Virus record (IMG/VR): IMGVR_UViG_3300003690_002850
Coordinates: 1 to 64,000 of that record
Reading direction: 5' to 3' (one strand)
Length of the DNA stretch: 64,000 nucleotides
From: a virus
In this document: in pieces, positions 8,915 to 17,900 of the stretch
Layout of the letters: the number at the start of each line of letters is the position of its first letter
Numbering within the stretch: the stretch's first letter is position 1
The notes under the pieces: model-generated
Databases searched by the model: none
What the model was told of the DNA's origin: nothing
The model's input: the letters and a program-made list of their open reading frames with translations, nothing else
Translations under genes and position numbers: made by a program

Positions 8915-9166
8915 ATGCCTGCAGGACATAAAGATGACACATGGGATAAAAGTCCGGATACTACCCCGTCGATACATTACAAGGTTAAAGTCACACAAAG
9001 AGATATGGATGAGATTCATCATTTAGTTAAACGAAGTTATGCTGGTTTGACAATAGCCTGGCTGCCTGCGATGATTGCTGTCACAAAAGTATTAGATCAA
9101 ATTAGTAAACAGGATGAAGAACTCGATAATTACGATTATGACGGGACTTGTCCTCCGTATGATTAA
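8915..9166 (+). CDS. Hypothetical protein
   Basis: 83-aa ORF in tandem. Confidence 0.6.
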   Translation: MPAGHKDDTWDKSPDTTPSIHYKVKVTQRDMDEIHHLVKRSYAGLTIAWLPAMIAVTKVLDQISKQDEELDNYDYDGTCPPYD

Positions 9167-9178
9167 ATATTTTATACA

Positions 9179-9715
9179 TTGAAGAAGTCTAAAAAAAAGC
9201 CTAAGATTATAATGCCATGGCCTGTGTATAATTATTCATCACCACCTAAAGCTAGTGATATGGTAACAGTTAATAATTTAGGATCTTTAGGATCCATAGA
9301 AACTCTGGAATCCATAGAAACTATCGATGATATAATTAATGTTCAAACAGATAATCTAGAGTCTATAGAGTCCATTGATGGTATAATTAACGTTCAAACA
9401 GATAATTTAGCAGCTATAGAAGCTATAGAAGGTATAGTCAATATTCAGACTGATAATATAAAGTCAATAGAAGATATAGAAGGTATAGTTAATATTCAGA
9501 CTGATAATATAGAATCCATAGAATCCATAGAAGCCATCGATGGTATATTTAATATTCGGACTGATAATTTAGAGTCAATAGAAGCTATAGAAGGTATAGT
9601 TAATATTCAGACTGATAATATCAATAGTATAGTTAATATTAAAACTAATAAATCTATAAATCCTATAGGTAAGATCCGAAAATTATCAGATAATCCATTA
9701 CGACGTGATAATTGA
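9179..9715 (+). CDS. Tandem-repeat protein (17-aa LESIEAIEGIVNIQTDN units)
   Basis: About six repeats in translation; TTG start uncertain. Confidence 0.6.
   Translation: MKKSKKKPKIIMPWPVYNYSSPPKASDMVTVNNLGSLGSIETLESIETIDDIINVQTDNLESIESIDGIINVQTDNLAAIEAIEGIVNIQTDNIKSIEDIEGIVNIQTDNIESIESIEAIDGIFNIRTDNLESIEAIEGIVNIQTDNINSIVNIKTNKSINPIGKIRKLSDNPLRRDN
9290..9650 (+). repeat. Coding tandem repeat, ~51-nt unit
   Basis: Recurring ATAGAAGGTATAGTTAATATTCAGACTGATAAT-like units. Confidence 0.8.
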
Positions 9716-9763
9716 TAGTAGTAAATGTCTCTAGATATGCTATAATATAGGTTAATGAATAAT

Positions 9764-9839
9764 GCACGGCGACCGAGCAAGTGAACGGCGTGGTCTGCAA
9801 AACCATCGATGCAGGGGGCGGTACCCTGGCTGTGCTCCA
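9764..9839 (+). tRNA. tRNA-Cys(GCA) with encoded CCA and non-canonical D/T loops
   Basis: Acceptor GCACGGC/GCTGTGC, U discriminator, CCA; anticodon stem GTGGT/ACCAT with loop CT-GCA-AA; T stem CAGGG/CCCTG; TGCTATAAT at 9738-9746. Confidence 0.85.
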
Positions 9840-9857
9840 CTTTAGTATGTTTTAAAA

Positions 9858-10493
9858 ATGGTAGCTTCGAAGTTTATAACGGAGAATGACATTGGGCCGG
9901 ATGACGCATGGGTCTTAATATGTGGTCCGACGTGTATAGGTAAAACTCATTTTCGTAACATTCATAAATTTTATAAAACCAGCCCAGGTATGTCCGAATT
10001 TAAAGGTGTTCCAAAGTCGGTTTGGACAGAACCATTCGTCGACGAGTATAATTTGGTAACAACTAGTAATTTTAAGCATTGGCCGGCTGGATGGTTTTCA
10101 AAAGACTATATAATAAAAAAAAGAGCAATTATTCTAGGTGCACCGTATTTTATATGGAAAAAAAGAGTAAAAGAACGTAGAAAAAAATGTCCACCAAGGA
10201 GCATCGAGCACCTCGATCGCGTCCTGGCTAACTTTACCTCCGGAGAACATGCCCAGACTTTCAAAGAAAATTATCTTAAATATATTAGAGAATTAAATGA
10301 GTATAATATTCCGTATATTCTTGTTGATAATAGAAATGATTATCCGATATTAGATGAATCAAATTTTTTAATAATGCTTAGTCAGAGTCAGGTAGGACAT
10401 GCATATTGGCATCGAAATGAATTTAATGTATATCAGAGGAAAATGCCTTTTCGTAACCCGGGCCCAGGGTTCTCTTTAAATAAATATGACTAA
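9858..10493 (+). CDS. P-loop NTPase/kinase-like protein
   Basis: Walker A-like ICGPTCIGKT. Confidence 0.6.
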   Translation: MVASKFITENDIGPDDAWVLICGPTCIGKTHFRNIHKFYKTSPGMSEFKGVPKSVWTEPFVDEYNLVTTSNFKHWPAGWFSKDYIIKKRAIILGAPYFIWKKRVKERRKKCPPRSIEHLDRVLANFTSGEHAQTFKENYLKYIRELNEYNIPYILVDNRNDYPILDESNFLIMLSQSQVGHAYWHRNEFNVYQRKMPFRNPGPGFSLNKYD

Positions 10494-10713
10494 GACTAAA
10501 CTAGTAACATCTGCACAGATTAACGATGCCACACAGACACGGTTTTTTCCAGCCAAGCGTCTAGGTGAGATCGCGGCACGAAACCGCAAAAAAAAGCCGG
10601 ATTTGCCGGATGACCGACCTCCGGTATATGCTGTATTTTTAATACCATTTATTTTACTATTAATAAAATTATGCGATCTATATGACTGGATAACATCGAA
10701 AAAGAATAAATAA
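10486..10713 (+). CDS. Small protein with C-terminal hydrophobic helix
   Basis: VYAVFLIPFILLLIKL. Confidence 0.55.
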   Translation: MTKTKLVTSAQINDATQTRFFPAKRLGEIAARNRKKKPDLPDDRPPVYAVFLIPFILLLIKLCDLYDWITSKKNK

Positions 10714-10719
10714 TATTAT

Positions 10720-11235
10720 ATGGCATTCGAAGCGAAAATCTTAACTGGATCTAAGAACAAACAAGCTAAATTATTAAGAGCTGCTAGTGTTGCCGCTAAG
10801 TCTCCAGACACAGGAGTTAAGATACTTAAGAAGAGTGCCTATTATGTTATAAGGGACTGTGCTAAGGTTACTGAGTTATATCTGCCGCATTTTATATATT
10901 CACAATTAAAGAATCCTATTCAGATGTTAGAAGGTATATTTTCAAAGGCAGATTGTACAGATTTTCTAGGAAGAGCTAAGAAGGACTTAGTTACCAATCA
11001 GTTATTAAATTTAATTATCATAGATATAAAGAAGCAGAACATCCTTGAATCTGCTTCCACTGTATTTAAACGACCAGCGATCGATACATCATCATTTGAT
11101 GAGGAAGATGGAGAAGATATTTACGGTGATTACGAGTCCGGCGGAGTTACAGTAGAAGAAGAACCAGAAGTAATAGTTGAAGTTGAAAAAGATACATTAC
11201 AATTATTGTTAGATGCCTTCAAAGTTAAAAACTAA
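10720..11235 (+). CDS. Hypothetical protein with acidic tail
   Basis: TAAATA-7nt-ATG; 171 aa. Confidence 0.7.
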   Translation: MAFEAKILTGSKNKQAKLLRAASVAAKSPDTGVKILKKSAYYVIRDCAKVTELYLPHFIYSQLKNPIQMLEGIFSKADCTDFLGRAKKDLVTNQLLNLIIIDIKKQNILESASTVFKRPAIDTSSFDEEDGEDIYGDYESGGVTVEEEPEVIVEVEKDTLQLLLDAFKVKN

Positions 11236-11428
11236 GTACGATTATAAGTACTATTATACTGATTTAGCAACTTTGCTAATCACCCAAGGGACTGCTCTAC
11301 ACAATTGTAAAACTGATCAAGAGGTTTTAGATTCTAATAATAAATGTATAAAACTTGCAGAGCAGTTCATTAAACAAGTATCTCCACCTCCTGTTACTGA
11401 AACCGGAGGACATTCCGAGCTTTCGTAA
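11213..11428 (+). CDS. Hypothetical protein
   Basis: Overlaps upstream gene end; 71 aa. Confidence 0.5.
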   Translation: MPSKLKTKYDYKYYYTDLATLLITQGTALHNCKTDQEVLDSNNKCIKLAEQFIKQVSPPPVTETGGHSELS

Positions 11429-11562
11429 TGATATTAGAATTAATATTATTACCTTTTATTATAGTAGGATATAAGATATATTGTGTAATATTAAAAGGGT
11501 TAATATCAATAATCGATTGGATTGAGTATCTTTGCTCGAAGTATCCTAAACGAAAAGCTTGA
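11428..11562 (+). CDS. Small hydrophobic protein (44 aa), not in the ORF track
   Basis: TAATG-coupled start; MILELILLPFIIVGYKIYCVILKGLISIIDWIEYLCSKYPKRKA*. Confidence 0.5.
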   Translation: MILELILLPFIIVGYKIYCVILKGLISIIDWIEYLCSKYPKRKA

Positions 11563-11586
11563 CTGTGTAGAATAAATAGCTATAAT
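11559..11586 (+). promoter_or_regulatory. sigma70-type early promoter
   Basis: TTGACT-16nt-TATAAT, ATG 7 nt downstream. Confidence 0.75.
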
Positions 11587-11593
11587 ATAAGTT

Positions 11594-11716
11594 ATGAAAA
11601 GGCCGACTACCCTTCGTCGACGAGTTCAGTTTAATACTGGGACGAGAGTTCATCGACCGAAAAAAGGGCCTGGTTCATATATCCGAAAGAAAAAAAACAA
11701 TGGCAGCGAAAAATAA
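11594..11716 (+). CDS. ArfA-like (alternative ribosome-rescue factor A-like) 40-aa protein, not in the ORF track
   Basis: RVHRPKKGPGSYIRK matches the ArfA core R-x-x-x-x-KKG(K)GSY-x-RK. Confidence 0.6.
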   Translation: MKRPTTLRRRVQFNTGTRVHRPKKGPGSYIRKKKNNGSEK

Positions 11717-11810
11717 AAAACAAAGAGTATGGGAACGTATCCGCAACGGTGTTAAGACACGTAAAACTGTGACTGTGACTAAACAGCGAGTACCTCGACG
11801 AAAAAAGTGA
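11700..11810 (+). CDS. Small highly basic protein (36 aa), not in the ORF track
   Basis: MAAKNKKQRVWERIRNGVKTRKTVTVTKQRVPRRKK*; overlaps the ArfA-like ORF end. Confidence 0.5.
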   Translation: MAAKNKKQRVWERIRNGVKTRKTVTVTKQRVPRRKK

Positions 11811-11828
11811 TTTCCTGAAACAAAGTAG

Positions 11829-11857
11829 TTGATTAAGTCTTCAAGACAGTCTATAAT
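11829..11857 (+). promoter_or_regulatory. sigma70-type promoter
   Basis: TTGATT-17nt-TATAAT. Confidence 0.6.
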
Positions 11858-11866
11858 AATGGTGTT

Positions 11867-12834
11867 ATGAGAATTAACGATAGGAACGTAGCCTTACAGG
11901 ACATAAACGAACATTCAGCCATTGCGGTTGAAGGTGTTCAGAACATATCGAAGAAGTCTGATCTTTATGATAAATTGGGATTAGATTTTGAGGTAGAAGC
12001 GGTAAATCTCGGTAGAATGACCGGAGATGATAGTTATGATAGGTTTTACGGATTGCGTAATAATAAATCCGGAACGATGAAGTTCGCGAAATGTACGGCG
12101 GTAAGTATAAATCGGCTGGCGTAATGCGTGGTGGCAGTCGTATTTGGGTTCAGGCAGAACTTCCTAAGAAGTATTCATTTGATATCCCTAATCGGAAAGG
12201 CGATAGGATTAATTCTATGATCACTATGTTGATTGGTCATGATGGAATTATTTCCAATTGTATTTTTCCGACATCGATGCGCGTTGCATGTAACAATCAG
12301 TTTGTTGCAATGACTCGTGAATCTACTCGGGAATATCGAATTCAGCATTATTCGAATTATTCGGATAGGTTGGATGTTGTTAGAGATGTGTTCGCTAAGA
12401 ACATTAATAGTCTTAAGGACATGTATAAAGGGTTTGCTGATCTTGATAGTAAAGCGATGTCTAAGACCGAGCTCTATAATTTCTTGAGCGAGGTATATCC
12501 AATGAAGGATGAAGATGACGAGCGTACAGTTGGTCTGCACAATGATGTTGCTGCCTTGTTTAGCCGTGGTGCTGGTAACCTCGGTAAGTCACGTTGGGAT
12601 GCATTTAATGCAGTGACTGAGTTTGTTGATCATCATCAGCATGCGACTCGGATGGTTAATGCCATTGAGAATAAGAATCATACTTATATCCAGAATCGGA
12701 TTGGTAGTTTAAGCACTCCAGGTGGATCGATGGATCGGTTTAAGCGCCGGGCATTGAATTTACTTGTCGACGGAGATTTTAGAACCGTCTCTCCGCGCCG
12801 TGCCAAGCCCACTGAAATTACACTTACTGTCTAA
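11867..12834 (+). CDS. DUF932/LGT_TIGR03299-type phage/plasmid protein, split by a frame break near 12067-12076
   Basis: GLDFEV, GGSRIWVQA, GHDG, RVACNN, RIQH, RWDAFNAVTEFVDH motifs spread over ORFs 11867..12124 and 12091..12834. Confidence 0.8.
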
Positions 12835-12850
12835 GTAAATCACAACAAAA

Positions 12851-12882
12851 ATAGGGACCCCGGGAAACCGGGGAATCCCTAT
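12851..12882. terminator. Strong hairpin after DUF932 gene
   Basis: ATAGGGA-CCCCGG-GAAA-CCGGGG-AA-TCCCTAT; preceded by an A run. Confidence 0.6.
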
Positions 12883-12964
12883 CACCAAATGTTGTATTAC
12901 TTATGTTTTTTAATAGGAGAGATTCTAGTGGTTTGTATTACAACAGGCTCGACTAAATAATTAT

Positions 12965-13456
12965 ATGATTACGATTGATTTAAAAGCCAAACCTCGAGTT
13001 AAGCGCTGGTTAAAAGATAACAAAATCAATTTTAAGACACTACAAACCACGTCCAACATCTTTTTTAATCAAATTCAAAAGCGTAGTAAGATTAACAAGC
13101 ATTATAATTTAGAAATTAAGATATGTCCACAGAGTAGCAGTGGATATTATTTCGGGTTTGATGAGCTTCACGTAACACAAAAGTTAGATCAGCATGGTTG
13201 GAGTAGTGATAAGAAGTTCGATACATTTGCTGCTCATTTTCTTCATGAGTTTAGACATTGGATACAAGACAATATGCTTCATGTTTCTGAGCATCGGTTA
13301 AATTATACTGATGAAGACAGTGAGAAAGAGAATGACAAATATTATTATAACAAATGGGAGATAGATGCTCGGAAATTTGAACGTCAATACAAGAGAGAAT
13401 TTATGCAATTGTATTATCTTCTAGATACTCTTTCAAACAAAAAACTTTTTTATTAA
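12965..13456 (+). CDS. HEXXH zinc metallopeptidase-like protein
   Basis: HEFRHWIQ ... WEIDAR; TAAATA-5nt-ATG. Confidence 0.7.
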   Translation: MITIDLKAKPRVKRWLKDNKINFKTLQTTSNIFFNQIQKRSKINKHYNLEIKICPQSSSGYYFGFDELHVTQKLDQHGWSSDKKFDTFAAHFLHEFRHWIQDNMLHVSEHRLNYTDEDSEKENDKYYYNKWEIDARKFERQYKREFMQLYYLLDTLSNKKLFY

Positions 13457-13458
13457 TT

Positions 13459-14757
13459 TTGATAACTAATATAACGTATGAAATCGGTATAGTGTTGCAC
13501 GGGCAGCCGCGATACTATAATATTGTAAAAAAATATTGGGATGAAGCTTTTCCAGATTGTAAAATTGACTATTTCATACACGCTTGGAATATTGATAGTG
13601 TTGATGGTCGGAATCAATTCCCGGATGATCGCTGGCAACCTTACAATAAAAACGAAGGCCCGGAAGCTAGTGACCCATGGATCGTTAGATATGATGCTAG
13701 TAAATTAAAAAAAGAGCTGCAAGATATATATAATACTTCAAATGTAATTGTTAGTGATTATGATAGACATGTGCACGGGCTTAGACGGGTACCTAATCTG
13801 GACGGATCACATATAAATGGTAAGCTGTATGTACATCAATGGAGATCATTTGAGAAGGCTAGTCAGCTTTTAAAAAGATCAGAAAAGGAATATGATTTAA
13901 TTTTATGTAGTAGGCTTGATCTGATATTAGAACCAAAGCCTGATTTAGTTAGACGATTGTTACAGGTAATAGAAGAAAATGAATCTCCAGATGATGAATT
14001 AATAATATGCTGTACTTTTCCAGAAAATACTCCTTCGTCCTTTGATGGAATGTATGATTGGCTTTGGTTTGGGACAAAACAAGGTATGATTAGATTTGGT
14101 CATAATTTTACACGTAATCAAATAGCCGATCCAAAATTTCTTGATAGAGGATATAGAGTAAGGTGGGGTGATCAACTTAAACGAAATAGAGTTCCTGTGT
14201 ATATAATACCAGATCATAAATGGGAAGTGAACTGGGGATTAGCTACATTAATAAAACCTGAATGTCCTAGCTTTGATATTAAAACAATAAAGAATTATTC
14301 TAAATACCATGAGGATAATACACGTGGAAAAATAGAGCTTGCAGAGTTAAAGCCATACGACCCTAAAGTTAAGTATTGGAATAGTGATTGGAATTCTGTA
14401 GATGAAAAATACGACAGTAAAGGTGAGCGACTAAACGATGATTACGATCCTATAATTCACGATTTTAAAATTAAAAAAGAATCTCTCTTTTATGACATTG
14501 AGCGACGATCGAACGAGAGTTTTGAGCGATCTGTAGCTCGGTCTCCATATGGGGTTAATTCTGATTTAATAAATCAAGAGACCCTCGGTTCATTGAATGA
14601 GTATCTCCAGGAGTTTGATGATGAAGATGAAAAGTACACCGCGGTGCAGCACATGATGGCCAACAAACCGGTTGTCATCGATGAGAGTGTAAATAAAAAA
14701 TCCGAGAATAAAGATTGGGATCCTGATGGTGAAGTATTCCAATATTTTAAATATTAA
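13459..14757 (+). CDS. Glycosyltransferase-like protein with unrelated acidic C-terminal part
   Basis: IGIVLHGQPR, YFIHAW, YDLILCSRLD, DWLWFG motifs; natural start probably ATG 13478, one base out of frame. Confidence 0.55.
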   Translation: MITNITYEIGIVLHGQPRYYNIVKKYWDEAFPDCKIDYFIHAWNIDSVDGRNQFPDDRWQPYNKNEGPEASDPWIVRYDASKLKKELQDIYNTSNVIVSDYDRHVHGLRRVPNLDGSHINGKLYVHQWRSFEKASQLLKRSEKEYDLILCSRLDLILEPKPDLVRRLLQVIEENESPDDELIICCTFPENTPSSFDGMYDWLWFGTKQGMIRFGHNFTRNQIADPKFLDRGYRVRWGDQLKRNRVPVYIIPDHKWEVNWGLATLIKPECPSFDIKTIKNYSKYHEDNTRGKIELAELKPYDPKVKYWNSDWNSVDEKYDSKGERLNDDYDPIIHDFKIKKESLFYDIERRSNESFERSVARSPYGVNSDLINQETLGSLNEYLQEFDDEDEKYTAVQHMMANKPVVIDESVNKKSENKDWDPDGEVFQYFKY

Positions 14758-14779
14758 TAAATATAAATATAATCATATT

Positions 14780-14995
14780 ATGACAAATGTATCAGAATTC
14801 GAACACACAAAGCCGGTGCAGGCATATGCTGCTCTTGATAGCGCAATTGCTAAGTATCGTCAAATAGTTAACGAGCATACTTACCAAGGTAAACAATTGA
14901 TTATGGAGAGTGCTGATGCGCAACGCGCATCATTAGCGCAGCAAATTGTTAGTGACCTTGAGAATATAAAGAGAGTATTTTTAACTGGAGCTTAA
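14780..14995 (+). CDS. Hypothetical protein
   Basis: Probable start MTNVSEF at 14780 after TATAAATA. Confidence 0.6.
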   Translation: MTNVSEFEHTKPVQAYAALDSAIAKYRQIVNEHTYQGKQLIMESADAQRASLAQQIVSDLENIKRVFLTGA

Positions 14996-17900
14996 GTTAT
15001 TGTTATATTTTCTACCTCATCAAAATATGGAGTAATTTTTTGAAGCTCCATTGCGACTCGCTTTTGAATTTTATCTTGTAACAACCTGTCTGAGATATCT
15101 GTATGCTGTATATCTACTTTATACTTGTTAGCAAGCTTTTCAGGATAATTAAATTTAAATAATTTATCAATAGTGTCAATATATGTTCTTTGTCCTAAAG
15201 GATAAGACCAAATTACATCTTTATCTTTAACATGATAATTATAATGCGCTAACATATCAAAATAATTCATAGTTTTATTATAAATCTTAAACCCTTTTAT
15301 TTTTGCATTATGTACGAAATACTTTTTCTCTTGTAATAATTTATTAGCTAGTGTTAAATAAAACGGAGTTGATACTGCACCTACATATAATCCTGTTTCG
15401 AGTACGTTTGCTAAAGCGTATTTACCTGCTGAGAAGTTTACTTTAGATACTGATTTTCCGTTAACGAATAATTCCATATAACCATTTGTTAAAGATACGT
15501 TAATAAAGAAATGATTGTATCCCGGATTCAATGTAGAAAAGTCAAAATCAATAATTGATTTTTGTTTATAATATTTACCAGTACTTGAGAATTTTGGTTT
15601 CTTTTTTAATACAACTTTAAGTCTGTTTTTATTTGCACCTATCTTTTTTAAATAACCATATGATGTAACTGTTTTAGTTAACTTAAGAGAAGCAATATTA
15701 ATACCATTAAGTTTCTTACTATAAACTATTCTTAGTGTTTCAGGATCGAGTTTTGATAATCTAGCACCTCCATCAAATTCCTGTATTAGTAATATATATT
15801 TTTTGTATTCTCCGCCTTCAAAATCATATATTAAATCTATATATGTTGCACCTATTGTCCATTTTAAACTACAAAATTCTCTAGTACGAATTAATTTGCG
15901 ATTATTATCTAATATAGAAATAACATTTTCATCGTGTAATACTATTATATTATTTTCATCGTCATTTAGAATGCTATTAATTTTCGATCTTTTATCTAGG
16001 CCTGCTAATATTCTATTAGTTTTATCTGTACCTGCCCCTCTATAATCTGTTACGTGTTTCTTATCTAATTTTTTAATATGAGTTTGGATATTAGCTTCAT
16101 CACCTGGATCATCTTGTCTTATTACCCACGGTACATTATTATTATCAAGTATTACTTCATTTCCGTTTCCGTTTTTATCAACTTCAAATTTGTATACTAC
16201 ACCATCTTTTCTTATTAATTTACCCTTTTTACCGGGTACTGTTCGGCTTGCTGGGTTCTCTACATATCCAGGACAAGCTGTACTCACTTGTGTCCATGTA
16301 GAAGGATACCAGTCCTTAACAGCGACTGTATCACTAAAAATATTTTTTTTAGTATTATATGTAAAATGTTTAAACTCACCAACAGGTGCGAATAAGACAT
16401 CAAGCTTGTCTTCATCTACTTCGAAATCATCTATCTCAATATCTGAATCTTTTAAGTTTTCTATTTTACCTATTAGATGATTATTATTATTAAAAATATA
16501 TATTATATGTTCTTTTCTTTTTTGACATTCTACATCTCTTTGCATGTACTCTGCACTATCATATACAGTGCTCACTTTCCATGTATGAGCAAGGACATAG
16601 TATTCAGAGAAATTATCTTTACGAGCAATACCGTCGATGGTTACTTCTTGATTACCTTCTTTTAGAATAATATAATCATATACTTCGAAATCATTATTTA
16701 AAAATAATAATTTACTGAAGTGTTTTTTACTTAAACTATTTTTATCTGTTGTGTTATTTACAGGTAATATAATATTAGGGGTTACAAGGTCAGTATTAAA
16801 TATACCTATTCCATCATCAAAATAATTACCTAATAATTGATAACAAAAAGGTTTATTATTATCTTTAGTGTGTAACCAGAAATTAATACTCATATCACCT
16901 TGTATATCAGTTTTATTTCTTGCAAGGTTGTTGCCATCTAAAATTATTTCACGATCTCTTTTAATATATGTCTCCGGTATCGGTACACCTTTATAATTTA
17001 AATATTCAGTTTCTGTTGTTTTGTTATATTTGGTATTGTATGCCCTGAATAATTTTTCATAATCATGTCCTCCAACATGATAATATCCATAATCATTATT
17101 AGGTTCAAATGTTAAACTAGATGATACGTCAAACGTTTCTGTTGTTTCTGCTCCAGCGGCTGTTATAACTCTATAATGTGATGTACCAGATAATGCTTGA
17201 GAGAAATTAGAAGCTAATGGGTTATAATATCTATCTACCCATCTAGTATTTCCGTCACTGTTACCTGACAACCAACTACATAAATACATTGGATTAACGT
17301 CATCACTAAAACTATTATTTTTAACTACTTCTCTTCTTTTAAAAACTTTATCTGACATTAATGGATTACTACCAGGTACAGATCCTAAGTTTTCAATCTT
17401 AGAGTCATTAATATTAAGAACTGTATATGGCGATATAGAATTAGGAGTCGTAAAATAGGTTAGTTTATTAGGTTTAAAATTTATATCATATGTTCCGATA
17501 TTATAAGATAATCCTATTTTATCATATCCGTGTTGTTGATGGACACCGGCGTTTATTTTTTCATATACTCTATTGTTAGTATCAGCTTCATAATTATAAT
17601 GGTTGTTTTCAGAATAATATTCATGTAAGGTTGCTTGGTTTTTTAATGGAAAGAAATCAACATGAGCGATAAATTTATTTTCACTATTATCTTGGTAATA
17701 ATTATAATTATTATTGAATACAAAATAGTTGTTGCTAACTGGTGTTACGTTAGTTAATGATACATTATCAACATTAGGGCCTGATTTATATTTGTTAAAA
17801 TTACTAGGTAATGTTTTAAAGTCTTTAGTTAATAAATTTCTGCTAACAGTAAAGAAGCTAGCATTTAAATCTGCTATAGCATTTTGCCAAGCACCGGGAG

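Noticed and set aside
9290-9650. CRISPR-like array
   Set aside because: Units are contiguous with no unique spacers, keep the reading frame and vary at synonymous positions; no cas genes seen.
12889-12960. 23-aa hydrophobic peptide MLYYLCFLIGEILVVCITTGSTK (type I toxin-like)
   Set aside because: Very short, lies after a strong hairpin with no evident promoter; could occur by chance.
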